A stretch of DNA of 64,000 nt from a virus. The notes under the pieces are model-generated. The model saw only the letters and a program-made list of their open reading frames with translations, did no database searches and was not told the DNA's origin. The stretch lies in IMG/VR virus record IMGVR_UViG_3300047480_000598, positions 64,001 through 128,000 of that record; one strand, written 5' to 3'. Below are positions 31,101 through 40,305 of this stretch, one piece after another (the stretch's first letter is position 1; each line of letters opens with the position of its first letter). Position numbers and translations under genes: made by a program.

Positions 31101-32465
31101 TGGCGAGCGAGTAGTAACAGTAAAATCTGTTGCAAATCTAAATCCATATCCGTTGTCGGGAAAAACTCTTGTTCCTCCATTGCAACTAAATGTTAAATTT
31201 GATAAGAAGATCGTCCCAGCAGCTATACCGCCGCCGTGTGTAACTGTAGTAACACCAGTAGCATAGTTGTATGTTGCATTAGTTACTGCATAATCTGTTC
31301 CGTTAACATTTACAGTACCTCCGCTTACATATGTATGGGCAAAAGGAGAAATGCCAGCATTAAATGTTACAGATCCAGATGTTGCGCTAGTTACAGTAAA
31401 ATAATTTCCACCACTAAAGAAATCTGCGACAGATAAATCCTCAATAGTTGTTTCACCGTTAAGTAAAAATGCATCATTATATCTAGTTGCAGTAGTAGGT
31501 ACAATCTTAACTGCTCGTATTCCAGTACCTTTTATAGAAACACCAACTGGAACTGTTAGTGGAAATATTTCAGTATATGTACCCGGGTATATATAAACGA
31601 CATCCCCGGCTGTTGATAAACTTAGTGCATACTTTATAGTCGCTAACGGATCATTTTCGTGTACACCTGCATTAGTATCACTTCCGTTCTCTGATACATA
31701 AAATATATTTCCTTGTGGTAATCTAATATCAATATCATTTAAGAATAATTGATCAGCGTTGATATTTGTTGAATATAAATTATGTGTGTAAATCGATTGC
31801 CATGCTTTACCTGTGGCAAGAGGGTTGCTACCTGCTAAATTCCCTGGATCACTACCTAGATCAAATGTATTATTTGTGTTAGGATATACATTACTATCAA
31901 TTTCAGCGTTGAATACTACATTATCGGTATTTGAATCACCGATGTTAATTTCTCCATTAACATCTCCGTCGACTCGTAAATTTCCTGTAACATATAAGTC
32001 ACCATTAATATTAACATTTGCATTAACATTAACTTCGCCAGTACCGGTAGTTTGTATTGTTAAATCGGTATCAGTACCAGTAGTTTCGATTATATTAGTC
32101 GATAATTCTAAATTACCTGTTACTATTGTTCCTTGATATACAACAGGATATCCAGTCGATGGTAATAAATTAATAGTATCAGAACTACTAGCAATAGTAT
32201 CGCCGGTAATAGTAAAGGTTGCAATTTCAGCTTGGGTGTCGACTAGTAGCTGATTAGTTCTAGTTGTCCCATTAACAGTAAGATCGTGTGTGATACCAGA
32301 TGTATCACCGTTTGGCACAGGAACGTTAATACCGATTCGGCCATTTATAACATCAAGATAAAGAAGATCCGTCTCAAAAGCTAAGTTTGCTTGTTCGGGC
32401 TCGAGGTAGTCACGTCGAAGCAGATTGCTTTTTAAGAGAGGACCAGTAATACGACCAACAGCCAT
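28101..32465 (-). CDS. Tail fibre-like protein with pectin-lyase-like region and LamG/ConA-like lectin domain
   Basis: FYVSENGSD...PLATIKYAL; KFGTASLSLDG...GDFCLETW...WSHVVLAR...GYVDDVRISKG (LamG); PxGTTAERP...RYNT motifs. Confidence 0.8.
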   Translation of the reverse strand: MAVGRITGPLLKSNLLRRDYLEPEQANLAFETDLLYLDVINGRIGINVPVPNGDTSGITHDLTVNGTTRTNQLLVDTQAEIATFTITGDTIASSSDTINLLPSTGYPVVYQGTIVTGNLELSTNIIETTGTDTDLTIQTTGTGEVNVNANVNINGDLYVTGNLRVDGDVNGEINIGDSNTDNVVFNAEIDSNVYPNTNNTFDLGSDPGNLAGSNPLATGKAWQSIYTHNLYSTNINADQLFLNDIDIRLPQGNIFYVSENGSDTNAGVHENDPLATIKYALSLSTAGDVVYIYPGTYTEIFPLTVPVGVSIKGTGIRAVKIVPTTATRYNDAFLLNGETTIEDLSVADFFSGGNYFTVTSATSGSVTFNAGISPFAHTYVSGGTVNVNGTDYAVTNATYNYATGVTTVTHGGGIAAGTIFLSNLTFSCNGGTRVFPDNGYGFRFATDFTVTTRSPYIRNCTVLTKGSVTSVSDPYGFTQGDAGKGAYIDGAYATTSSKEASMLFHSVTFITPNVDTITTTNGSRIEWLNSFTYFANKGINAFSSNDGFAGQGKTRLRIDTKTGTWNVGNTVTYYDTDGTTVLGSGTIASIDGNYINLTGKCVGFQTITDRSGKTVFANGDAKLTTITKKFGTASLSLDGTGDFANIGTNPDFEFGTGDFCLETWVYPTATGTYRTIFDFRSSSGDTGGIILGLSDINALYFYFNGNYRIGPVGSVPVGSWSHVVLARHTGVTKAFVNGTQVGSSYTDSNNYLARGLRIGADPNGNYAFPGYVDDVRISKGVSRYNTTFVSPTSALTGDLNTVLLLHFNGPNNSTTFLDDGITYQDLRTSAGGTASLINFADYSDFGAEIRSIGSANIYGNYGIYGDGDGVIAYLISQNFAYIGSGKLSTNDPNDRIDANEVVELNRAKIYYTSVDNEGNFKVGDAFYVNQKTGDVLFNNQALTITAPEGVVFTDGVNTTTLLPTNIDTGNIRISGNTIESLTGDVNVVSANNTINLQNNTFVTGTLDVTGDVTLNGNIQIGNNSADNINFIGGINSNLIPSTTATYNLGQGGITPLRWKNVYLNRIEIDGVVIDNNTISTTIGNDDLQLIANGTGRIYIPSSDVQIDQNLTVTQDFTVTTGTSYLKNVGITGTVTHVGDINQTGNFTTSGNTTVTGNITGTGYLQLPVITISGNTIETTTTNTDLILQANGTGNVIFEGLKVQDNNIQSTVTDSNVILTPQGTGSVVINTNQSLIIPVGTTAERPATPSNGMVRYNTTTSRYEARANGYWIKLGGVEDVSGNTRILAEATPGANDNILYFYANNNLTATIDSVKLFTERFQTNNLDIYDNTITTLLPDSDINLVTAGTGGVKIGNMRIRNNTITNVVSNAITEFVQTGQGYVKIAGTNGVVIPAGDSQNDRPALKETGMMRFNTELGLVEVWTGLIWTSVAGISSGITAAEATDIGIQMVLILG

Positions 32466-32568
32466 TAACTCTCCTTATTGCCACCGTGTTGCACGGATAA
32501 CCACCTTACGTTGCGGGTTTACCACAGTTTGTCCTTGAAAAAGATTGGTCGTCTTCTTCGATTAAAAG

Positions 32569-32576
32569 TATTTATC
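32569..32576 (-). promoter_or_regulatory. Late promoter (GATAAATA) followed by a ~100-nt structured leader
   Basis: ATAAATA core at the start of the intergenic gap. Confidence 0.65.
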
Positions 32577-32588
32577 GTATTTTGATTA

Positions 32589-35500
32589 TTATCCGAGGAT
32601 GAGGGTCCAAATGTCCATAATATCTTCAGCTTCTTCAGCCGATACTGTTGGACTATCTCCTACCGCAGCTTGCCAATCGGTACCATTATAAACTTCCATG
32701 TAGTTTATATCACTGTTGAATCTCATTTCTCCTAATTCAGGAGTTAATCTGCGATCAGCTGTTGGACCATAAGGAAGTACAACTCCTCCTTTTCCGGAAA
32801 ACTTAATATATCCCTCGTTTGTACCTGTGAGAATTATTGCTGTATCGAGATTATTTGTAATTGTATTATCGATTAAATGAATGTCGTTAACATTTACAAT
32901 TCCAGTTCCGGTCGGTATTAGATTAACATCATTGGTACTAACTAAATTTCCTACATTATTGCCTTGTACATAGATGTTATCAACGTGTATTCTATTATTA
33001 AACAATCTTTCATCATTAATTGTAGTTGTAACAGTTCCGTTTATACCAAATCTTAATAGCTGATCGTTATTTCCAGGAGTTAATTCTGCTGTAATATAGG
33101 TATTACGATCACTATCCCACAGATTCATAAAATTTACATACCCAGACGGTGACCATCCTTCTACCATATTGCTAACATCGTTGTATCTTACTTCACCAAC
33201 TGACGAAAGAAGTCTGTTTGTATTGTTTCCGATCGGTAGGATGACAGATTTAGTTGAGTTAATTTCGACATGTCCGATACCGTTAGGAGTTAATATAACA
33301 CTTTTTTGTAAATTAGTAGATGCCCCTGTCCAAAAATTACTTATATTGTTATCAGTAATCTTTAATTTTGAATCAAGAGCAACTCCTCCGGTACCATTTG
33401 CAAGAAATTGTATGTCAGTATCTAATTGTTGTTCCGAAATTATATTATCGTATAACCGGATAGATGGAACCTCAAAATACGAATCTCCGTTAATGATTAT
33501 ATTATTATTTGCAAATGTTCCTATTAGGTCAAAATCACCAGTTTGATTTATATTTCCAGTGTGTAAAATGTTACCGTTAATTTCTACCGATAGTATTGTA
33601 GTTAGACCGTTAACAGTAAAGATATCATCCACTGTTAAATTTTGATCTATTTGAACATTAGTAGTTGAAATTTGTATTTTTCCATTGTTATTTGCTACTA
33701 ATTCTAAGTCAGTATCTGTAGTTAAAGTCGAAATAGTATTATTTGTAATCTCGACAACATCATCAATATCAACTAATGTTGCAAAAAGAGTATTCCATCT
33801 TTTAGACGATGTTCCTAGTTCTAAGAAGTTATGTTGATTTGGATTTATATCTTGAGATAGGTACGAAACAAAATTAATTAAATCACTAGTTTGATTACCA
33901 AACCATATATCTTCTGCTACAATAAAACTGTCAGTTACATTTAGAGTGCCAGTAACAAAAACATTAGTATTTAAATAGGTATTATTTGATGCAGCAAGGA
34001 AATTAACAGGTCCTAATAATGATTGTATTTCGTTATCATGGATTCTTATATTGCCTGTTTGGATTAGATATTTGTCTACATATGTAACGCTAGTAGGACC
34101 TTCTAATATAATGTAGCCGTCACTACCAAAGTTAATAGACCGTGCATCAAAAACAACATTTCCAGTCTCTTGCTCAACGTAAAAAATCGAACCTATTCTA
34201 AAATCACCTTTTTGGTCTTGACTTTCGTAATAGATTGTTCCGTCGTTAGATTCTACAACTTCGTTTGCTTGAATTATTTGTCGACCGTCGTTATAGTCAA
34301 CTTCTCTCGATCCTACATATCCAAAGTTATGTCCGACTAGATATGCGATTGTGCTATCACCGTCTGCAACTGCTCCGTATTCTCCGTAAACATTTGCGCT
34401 GTTGATACTTCTAAATTCTGCACCAAATATTAGACTTTGATTATATAATCCTTCTGTACCATTAAGAAGATGTATACCTTTCTTAGCATAGTATGTAAAC
34501 GAATTTAGCCATTCAATTCGTACACCGTTCTTAGCTGTAATTCCGTCTGCATTTGGTGTTATAAAAGTTACCGCATAAAATAAACATGTCGGCGGAATAG
34601 TTCCTGTCGGATCAGCAACAGACCCGTCTATGTAAGCACCGCCGCCTGCATCTCCTTCATTGTAACCTAACGGATCTGATACTGTAGTAACTGATCCTCT
34701 AGTAATTACAGTAACATTAGAAATATAAGGACTTCGAGCAATTGATTTGAAGTTTAGTGCTAGTTTAAATCCATATCCTGTATAAAAATTACGAATTGTT
34801 AGAAATTCTACAGTAGTATCGCCATTTAATAAAAATGCATCATTATTATTTGTGCTAATAGTCGGTTCAACACTAACAGCTCTAATTCCGGTACCTCTAA
34901 CACTTACGCCTTGAGGTACTACTAATGGAAATTCTTCTTCGTATTCACCTGGAAAAATGATAATCTCATCGCCTGATACTGCTTGACTTAACGCATACTT
35001 TAGCGTACGAAAAGTAGAATGTTGATGATCACCGTGATTAGTGTCGTTTCCGTTTATGCTAACATATAGAGTATTACCTTGAGTTAACGACAGTTCTATA
35101 TCATTAACAATGAAACTATCGTTAACTGTAAGAGTGTTTGAATATACAGTATATGTGTATAGGTTACCCCACTCCTTTATTAGAGATCCGAGATCATGTT
35201 CATCATCGATATTAGGAATAAGATTACTATTAATGTCTGAATTAAAATAAACACTATCATTATCATCAGAACCAATAAAAGTGCTTGTGCCGTCAACAGT
35301 AAATTTGCCTGTTACATACAATTCTCCATCGATGTTAACTTTGTATGTGTTAAATTCAACTATCCCGGTTCCCGAAGGCGATAATTCAATTGAGCTATCT
35401 GCAATAACATTTTCTATTAATTGATTAGAAACATGAATATTGTCGGTGCCGAATCGGGGACCAGATATTCTAGGATTAGTTGCTTGGTTGGGTTGTATGT

Positions 35501-35810
35501 ATAGTGTACTTAAATCATAAAATCGTATTTCGTCGGAGCTTATTTTCCAGCTTTCTGAATCAATTTTAATATCGGTGTCAACAACAAGACCGTCAGTTCT
35601 TATTTCGTTAGGAACTAATAGATCGATGCCGAGTTGTGTCGAATCTGTAGTCATGCCTATGCGGCCATTTATTATGTCAAGAAATAAAAGATCGGTTTCA
35701 AATGCTAAGTTTGCATCATCGAGTTTGCCGCTATCTGCACCAATTAAATTTCGGCGTAATAGATTATTTTCAAGTAAAGGACCACTAATCCTACCTAATT
35801 GTTGAGCCAT
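32589..35810 (-). CDS. Tail fibre-like protein, paralog of 28101..32465 without the LamG domain
   Basis: Shared GRISGPLL, ANLAFETDLL, DAFLLNG and NGxRIEWLNSFTY blocks and C-terminal LILG. Confidence 0.8.
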   Translation of the reverse strand: MAQQLGRISGPLLENNLLRRNLIGADSGKLDDANLAFETDLLFLDIINGRIGMTTDSTQLGIDLLVPNEIRTDGLVVDTDIKIDSESWKISSDEIRFYDLSTLYIQPNQATNPRISGPRFGTDNIHVSNQLIENVIADSSIELSPSGTGIVEFNTYKVNIDGELYVTGKFTVDGTSTFIGSDDNDSVYFNSDINSNLIPNIDDEHDLGSLIKEWGNLYTYTVYSNTLTVNDSFIVNDIELSLTQGNTLYVSINGNDTNHGDHQHSTFRTLKYALSQAVSGDEIIIFPGEYEEEFPLVVPQGVSVRGTGIRAVSVEPTISTNNNDAFLLNGDTTVEFLTIRNFYTGYGFKLALNFKSIARSPYISNVTVITRGSVTTVSDPLGYNEGDAGGGAYIDGSVADPTGTIPPTCLFYAVTFITPNADGITAKNGVRIEWLNSFTYYAKKGIHLLNGTEGLYNQSLIFGAEFRSINSANVYGEYGAVADGDSTIAYLVGHNFGYVGSREVDYNDGRQIIQANEVVESNDGTIYYESQDQKGDFRIGSIFYVEQETGNVVFDARSINFGSDGYIILEGPTSVTYVDKYLIQTGNIRIHDNEIQSLLGPVNFLAASNNTYLNTNVFVTGTLNVTDSFIVAEDIWFGNQTSDLINFVSYLSQDINPNQHNFLELGTSSKRWNTLFATLVDIDDVVEITNNTISTLTTDTDLELVANNNGKIQISTTNVQIDQNLTVDDIFTVNGLTTILSVEINGNILHTGNINQTGDFDLIGTFANNNIIINGDSYFEVPSIRLYDNIISEQQLDTDIQFLANGTGGVALDSKLKITDNNISNFWTGASTNLQKSVILTPNGIGHVEINSTKSVILPIGNNTNRLLSSVGEVRYNDVSNMVEGWSPSGYVNFMNLWDSDRNTYITAELTPGNNDQLLRFGINGTVTTTINDERLFNNRIHVDNIYVQGNNVGNLVSTNDVNLIPTGTGIVNVNDIHLIDNTITNNLDTAIILTGTNEGYIKFSGKGGVVLPYGPTADRRLTPELGEMRFNSDINYMEVYNGTDWQAAVGDSPTVSAEEAEDIMDIWTLILG

Positions 35811-35830
35811 AATTCCCCTATGGACTTAAC

Positions 35831-36598
35831 TTATTGGTCAAATCCTTGTAATATTGTAACTGGTTTACCTAATGGTACAGGTGTATCAAATGCAACATAA
35901 TACCCGCTAGTATATCCGCCGCTGATTGTAACTGTTGATCCTACTGATTCAGCTGTAATCGATTCAAGTACAGTGATAGTAGACGACGATACAGTATCAA
36001 TTGTGTATGTTCCATCATTACTAGCTGATCCGGATATAGTAATTTCCATTCCTGAATAAAACTTTTTACTTAGAAAATCAACAATTCCGGTATTTGCGCT
36101 AATGATAGATTTTGTAACATTGTTAAACGAAAATATAGTGTTAGTAACTTCTGCAGGATTTTGAATTAGTTCGTAGTTAGTTCCACTAATTTGGAATACA
36201 TTTTCGACAAACACTAATATCTGTTTTGCTTTTTGAGTAATGTCCCAAGATGTTAATGTTGAATCAACAGTTGTTGCAAAAGGTCTATTTATAGGTCCAA
36301 AGAGTAATTCAACAAAATTACCGATTCCTAATTCTTGTTGTGTAATTTCGGTCGGTTCTTTAAATCTTAAACTTCTCCATGTTCCGCTCTGATAAATCTC
36401 AAGTTCTCCGCCAACTCCTAAAGATGTATTATATCGCAACATTCCATCAAGAGGCGATACCGGTCTTTGTGCAGTTGTTCCCTTAGGTACTAACAAGTTA
36501 TTAGTAGTTGTCATTACGATACTATCGGTCATGTCAACATACAATCTTTGATCGTAGGGTGCTCTTTTGTTAATATTTTGTTGTCTTAAATATCGCAT
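35831..36598 (-). CDS. Virion structural protein
   Basis: VPKGTTAQRP...GMLRYNT motif shared with the fibre genes. Confidence 0.65.
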   Translation of the reverse strand: MRYLRQQNINKRAPYDQRLYVDMTDSIVMTTTNNLLVPKGTTAQRPVSPLDGMLRYNTSLGVGGELEIYQSGTWRSLRFKEPTEITQQELGIGNFVELLFGPINRPFATTVDSTLTSWDITQKAKQILVFVENVFQISGTNYELIQNPAEVTNTIFSFNNVTKSIISANTGIVDFLSKKFYSGMEITISGSASNDGTYTIDTVSSSTITVLESITAESVGSTVTISGGYTSGYYVAFDTPVPLGKPVTILQGFDQ

Positions 36599-36600
36599 AA

Positions 36601-36933
36601 TTAGACTGCCAATGTACTTACTGTTGATACTAAATTATCCGGTGATTCACTTTTTGCAATTAATCTATCTCCATCTGCAAGAACCATTTTTTCTTGATCA
36701 AAACTTACTGTTTCTCCTGCAGGAATAGGTAACTTATTAACAATTAAGTGAACACTGCTTTGTGTTTCACCAAATGGAACAGCATACAAGTATAAGTATG
36801 TTTTTCCAGTTTCTGGATTTAAAGGATCATACACAGCAGTATTACATACGATTACTGTAGTAATGGCATTATTTCCGTTGCTAGTATAAAGTGTAGTATC
36901 TGTAGTTCCAATTGCGGTATTTTTAATTGCCAT
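36601..36933 (-). CDS. Small beta-sandwich virion protein
   Basis: Paralog of 7296..7622; IPAGETVSFDQEKMVL. Confidence 0.65.
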   Translation of the reverse strand: MAIKNTAIGTTDTTLYTSNGNNAITTVIVCNTAVYDPLNPETGKTYLYLYAVPFGETQSSVHLIVNKLPIPAGETVSFDQEKMVLADGDRLIAKSESPDNLVSTVSTLAV

Positions 36934-36942
36934 AAACTTTCC

Positions 36943-37962
36943 TTAAAATAACATGCTAAAAAGTAATGCTCGATTTTTAGCTACTAATTCGTCTGATGCT
37001 ATATTGTTAGCAAAAAATATTCCACTTCTTCCGGGTGTTTGAGCTAATGTAGTTAACTGAGATTTTGAAAATATTTTAGTAGTTCCAGTTAACGGCCCCG
37101 GAGATAATAATTGATCATTTAGGTTTATAATTGCATCAACTTCTACATTATTGTTGTTTGCAGTTAATACTAAATTATTTGTAGTATTTGTTATTGTATC
37201 TGTAAATAGATTAACATTATCTACATACAAACCAAAACTATTAATTCTAGATCTTAAAGATTCATTGATAAAAAAGTCTAACCGATTACTATATGCTTGT
37301 GTCCTTGACAAAATAGTTCCGCCTGTGCGATAAGTAATTTTATCAACATCGGCTACACCAGGAGTTACATTTCCTGCTTGTATATACATTTGCACATATC
37401 TTTTGTTAACTATGAAATTATCTTGAGCGGTTAACGGGACAGTAATATCTGGATCACCGATAATTGGATCAGTTCCAAATACTCGTGTAGCATATGCCCC
37501 TGCATCGGTGTTAACTAGTTCAAGTGATTTATTAGTACCTTTAATATCAAAATATAAATTATGTTCTCCATCAACTCTAATTGTTGATAGTTGTAATCCA
37601 CTTTTGTGACCGTCATCTGTTCTTAAAACAAATGTTCCGTCAAGATTAGTGGAAGAGTAAGGATCATAATGCTGTACGGTTTCGTCAAAAAGAAACTCTG
37701 CATTAGTTAAACTTCCTCTGTCGATAGTAATACCAGCTGTATCTTCAGTAATACCGGATCCTTGTTCTCCGTTGTTTAAGATAATTGTATTATCTTCTAC
37801 ATACATCTCTGTAACATTAACTGTAGTATATGTGCCATCAATTATTAAGTTGCCGGTAATTCTTACATCACCAACTTCGATTCCGGTGTCTAATATGATT
37901 GTACCGCCAGATTGAACTCTTAGACGATAATTATTTTCACTGACGTTTAGTACTCTTGACAT
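36943..37962 (-). CDS. Virion structural protein
   Basis: ITGNLIIDG...VEDNTIILN...AGITIDRG fibre-shaft-type motif. Confidence 0.65.
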   Translation of the reverse strand: MSRVLNVSENNYRLRVQSGGTIILDTGIEVGDVRITGNLIIDGTYTTVNVTEMYVEDNTIILNNGEQGSGITEDTAGITIDRGSLTNAEFLFDETVQHYDPYSSTNLDGTFVLRTDDGHKSGLQLSTIRVDGEHNLYFDIKGTNKSLELVNTDAGAYATRVFGTDPIIGDPDITVPLTAQDNFIVNKRYVQMYIQAGNVTPGVADVDKITYRTGGTILSRTQAYSNRLDFFINESLRSRINSFGLYVDNVNLFTDTITNTTNNLVLTANNNNVEVDAIINLNDQLLSPGPLTGTTKIFSKSQLTTLAQTPGRSGIFFANNIASDELVAKNRALLFSMLF

Positions 37963-37979
37963 TATTAATCCTTAAAGTC

Positions 37980-37995
37980 GGGGGCCGGAGCCCCC
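37980..37995 (-). terminator. GC-rich hairpin (weak terminator or mRNA stabiliser)
   Basis: GGGGGC-TCCG-GCCCCC right after the stop of 38002..38982; poor U-tract on the minus strand. Confidence 0.5.
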
Positions 37996-38001
37996 TTTTA
38001 A

Positions 38002-38982
38002 TTAAGCGTTCTCAATTACAACTTGTGAGTCTTCAATGGTTGTAGTAAATGACCACTTAGCACTTTGACCGCTAGCAAATTGACTACCTGCACTTGAACT
38101 CAATCTTGCTACTGCTGCTGGAACTAATACAACTTTTCTACTAGTGATTTTCTTTACTAGATAAGTTCCGCCGGCACTATCTGTTGCAACAACATTCATT
38201 TCGCCTGCTGCATCAGCAGTTGTTGTTGTAAGTTCACAAATTCCAGTTCCGGTTGCATTTTCAACTTTGAATCTGCGATCGTTTGTTTGTTTAACAATAT
38301 CTGCACGTAGTAAACTACCACCAGTTAAGTATGCATAAGCAACGATTGCATTTTCGTTATTACCGTATTCGAATGCTGATCCTGAGTCAGTTTCAAGAAC
38401 TACTGTACCGGCAGCTTTATCGCCTGCTCCGCCTGCACCGTTACTAAATGTTACTGCGGCATCTGCGGCATTTGTATAACCAGATCCTTGTTCTGTAACA
38501 ACTACTGCTTTAACACGGTATGTTACATCGACTGTTAAATCATCACCGCCTTCACCAGTAACTTTAGTTGTTGTAACACCACTAGTTAATCCAGTTAGTA
38601 CTGTTTGCTCACCACGCGAACCGCCTGTGAAATCTACAGTTAACACTACACCGTTAGTCGGTGCATCGCTAACTGATGCGACACGAACAACCAAACCGCC
38701 TGCACCATCGACTGTGATTAAATCGCCAACATCATAATCTGTTCCACCAGCATTAACGGTAACTGCTAATGCTTCCATAGTTACTGTTCCAGTTGCTCGA
38801 ACAGCTCCAGCACCTGTTAAATCGGGTGTATCAAAAGTTGCAGTTGCTCTAGTGGTATATACTCCAGGGGTATCAATAGTTACACTAGCAACTCTTTTTC
38901 CGCCTAACTCGTCATCAGCTGTTGTGCTTGATGATCCTAAATTACGATTACCAAAATATTTTTTGTTTAATGGACGTCCCAT
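38002..38982 (-). CDS. Virion structural protein, possibly head decoration
   Basis: Directly downstream of the MCP with its own late promoter and strong SD; Ala/Thr/Gly-rich with GxGY repeats. Confidence 0.6.
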   Translation of the reverse strand: MGRPLNKKYFGNRNLGSSSTTADDELGGKRVASVTIDTPGVYTTRATATFDTPDLTGAGAVRATGTVTMEALAVTVNAGGTDYDVGDLITVDGAGGLVVRVASVSDAPTNGVVLTVDFTGGSRGEQTVLTGLTSGVTTTKVTGEGGDDLTVDVTYRVKAVVVTEQGSGYTNAADAAVTFSNGAGGAGDKAAGTVVLETDSGSAFEYGNNENAIVAYAYLTGGSLLRADIVKQTNDRRFKVENATGTGICELTTTTADAAGEMNVVATDSAGGTYLVKKITSRKVVLVPAAVARLSSSAGSQFASGQSAKWSFTTTIEDSQVVIENA

Positions 38983-39064
38983 TTGTTTTCTCCTTAAATA
39001 TGACGTTCTAGGTCTACGCAGAGGGATTCTGCATAAGTCTCTTTCGAGCTCATTTTAGACATAG

Positions 39065-39072
39065 TATTTATT
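39065..39072 (-). promoter_or_regulatory. Late promoter (AATAAATA)
   Basis: Immediately after the MCP terminator. Confidence 0.7.
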
Positions 39073-39077
39073 CAATC

Positions 39078-39105
39078 AAAAAGAAAGGCTCCGAAGAGCC
39101 TTTCT
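39078..39105 (-). terminator. Intrinsic terminator after the major capsid gene
   Basis: AGAAAGGCTC-TTCG-GAGCCTTTCT-TTTT, cUUCGg tetraloop typical of T4-like phages. Confidence 0.9.
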
Positions 39106-39130
39106 AATAAAGTTCCAAAAAAGTAATTTC

Positions 39131-40294
39131 TTACTTGAACGAAACGTTTGAAAGTTCAACCTTTCCAAGGTAGTCAGCAGCGTTACCAAGTGATGATGCT
39201 GTGTTTGTTAACTCAACATATCCGTAACGTGTCATGAAGCTAACTACTGGTTCGAAGGTAGACGGATCAAGAACAACACCGCTGCTCATTAATGGAATGT
39301 ATGGGCAGTAGAATGCTGCTGCGTCACTTTCGCTAGAACCTTTATAACCGATAAGAACATCAGTTGAGTCAGTAGCATAAGTGTTAACATAGACCTTCAT
39401 TGCATTGTTTAAAGTACCAACAAACTTAGTGTTAGTCGGAGCTTCAAAAGTACCTTCAGTTGTGCGAGCAAAAGCTGAAGTTGTAGCTGATTGAAGGATA
39501 GTTAGTGCAAATGGGCTAACAACTGCCCAGTTACCTGCACCGCGACGTGTACGTTGTGCAATTAAGTTAGATACACGGTTGATTAAAACTGCTAATGCAG
39601 CGTGTTCGTCACCGACGAATGTAGCTGTACCAGAAACTGCATTTTGGTCAAAAGTTTCAGTAGCAGTACCTGCTAATGATGCTAATGAACCAAGGATTTC
39701 TTGGTCGATTTCAGCTGTGATTTCTTGAGCAAGAGCAGCCATTACTTCTGCTTCAATGTCAATACCTTGTTGAGCTTGTGCATCTTGTGCAGCTTCGAAA
39801 GTCCAGCGTGCGCTTAACTTACGAGTCTTAGCTTCAACAGTTTGCTTTAAGATCTGGATAGACATTCTCTTACCAGCTGCACCTTCTAATGTAGCTGTTG
39901 AGGTTGCCTTTGAACCTGGGTCTGCATCGTTACCTGAGTAACCAGCAGCAATCTTAAATGGGCTAAGTGCTTCTTCACCTGCTACTACGCCAGTTGCGTT
40001 ATCTGCATAACGAACACGTAGAGTATGGATTTGCCCAACTGGTCCAGTCATTGGTTGAACACCAACTAATTCGTTAGCAATAACGGTTGGCATTACACGT
40101 CGAATTACTGGAAGAATGACGCGATTTAATGTTGATATGTTGCCGGCAGAAGTAGCACCAGCAGTCGGTGATTCCATCAAATACTTACGAGTATTTTCTA
40201 GGGTAACACCCATTACTGATTTTTTTGTGCCTTGTAAGCCTTCTAATAGGGCTTCTTTAGTATCTGCCCAACGGCCAGTAAGTAGTTCTGACAT
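39131..40294 (-). CDS. gp23: Major capsid protein (T4 gp23 family)
   Basis: LVGVQPMTGPVGQI, KQTVEAKTRKLSARWT, AFYCPYIPL and DPSTFEPVVSFMTRYG motifs. Confidence 0.95.
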   Translation of the reverse strand: MSELLTGRWADTKEALLEGLQGTKKSVMGVTLENTRKYLMESPTAGATSAGNISTLNRVILPVIRRVMPTVIANELVGVQPMTGPVGQIHTLRVRYADNATGVVAGEEALSPFKIAAGYSGNDADPGSKATSTATLEGAAGKRMSIQILKQTVEAKTRKLSARWTFEAAQDAQAQQGIDIEAEVMAALAQEITAEIDQEILGSLASLAGTATETFDQNAVSGTATFVGDEHAALAVLINRVSNLIAQRTRRGAGNWAVVSPFALTILQSATTSAFARTTEGTFEAPTNTKFVGTLNNAMKVYVNTYATDSTDVLIGYKGSSESDAAAFYCPYIPLMSSGVVLDPSTFEPVVSFMTRYGYVELTNTASSLGNAADYLGKVELSNVSFK

Positions 40295-40305
40295 TTAAAT
40301 TCTCC

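Noticed and set aside
32480-32530. c-di-GMP-I riboswitch (GGTAAACCC...GCAA)
   Set aside because: The GNRA/receptor pair and P1-P3 layout could not be completed
3860-36598. Diversity-generating retroelement acting on fibre tips
   Set aside because: No reverse transcriptase in the window and no TR/VR pair differing only at adenines
39012-39060. Hammerhead ribozyme (ATGAGCTCGAAA)
   Set aside because: Lacks the CUGANGA core and correct stem II geometry
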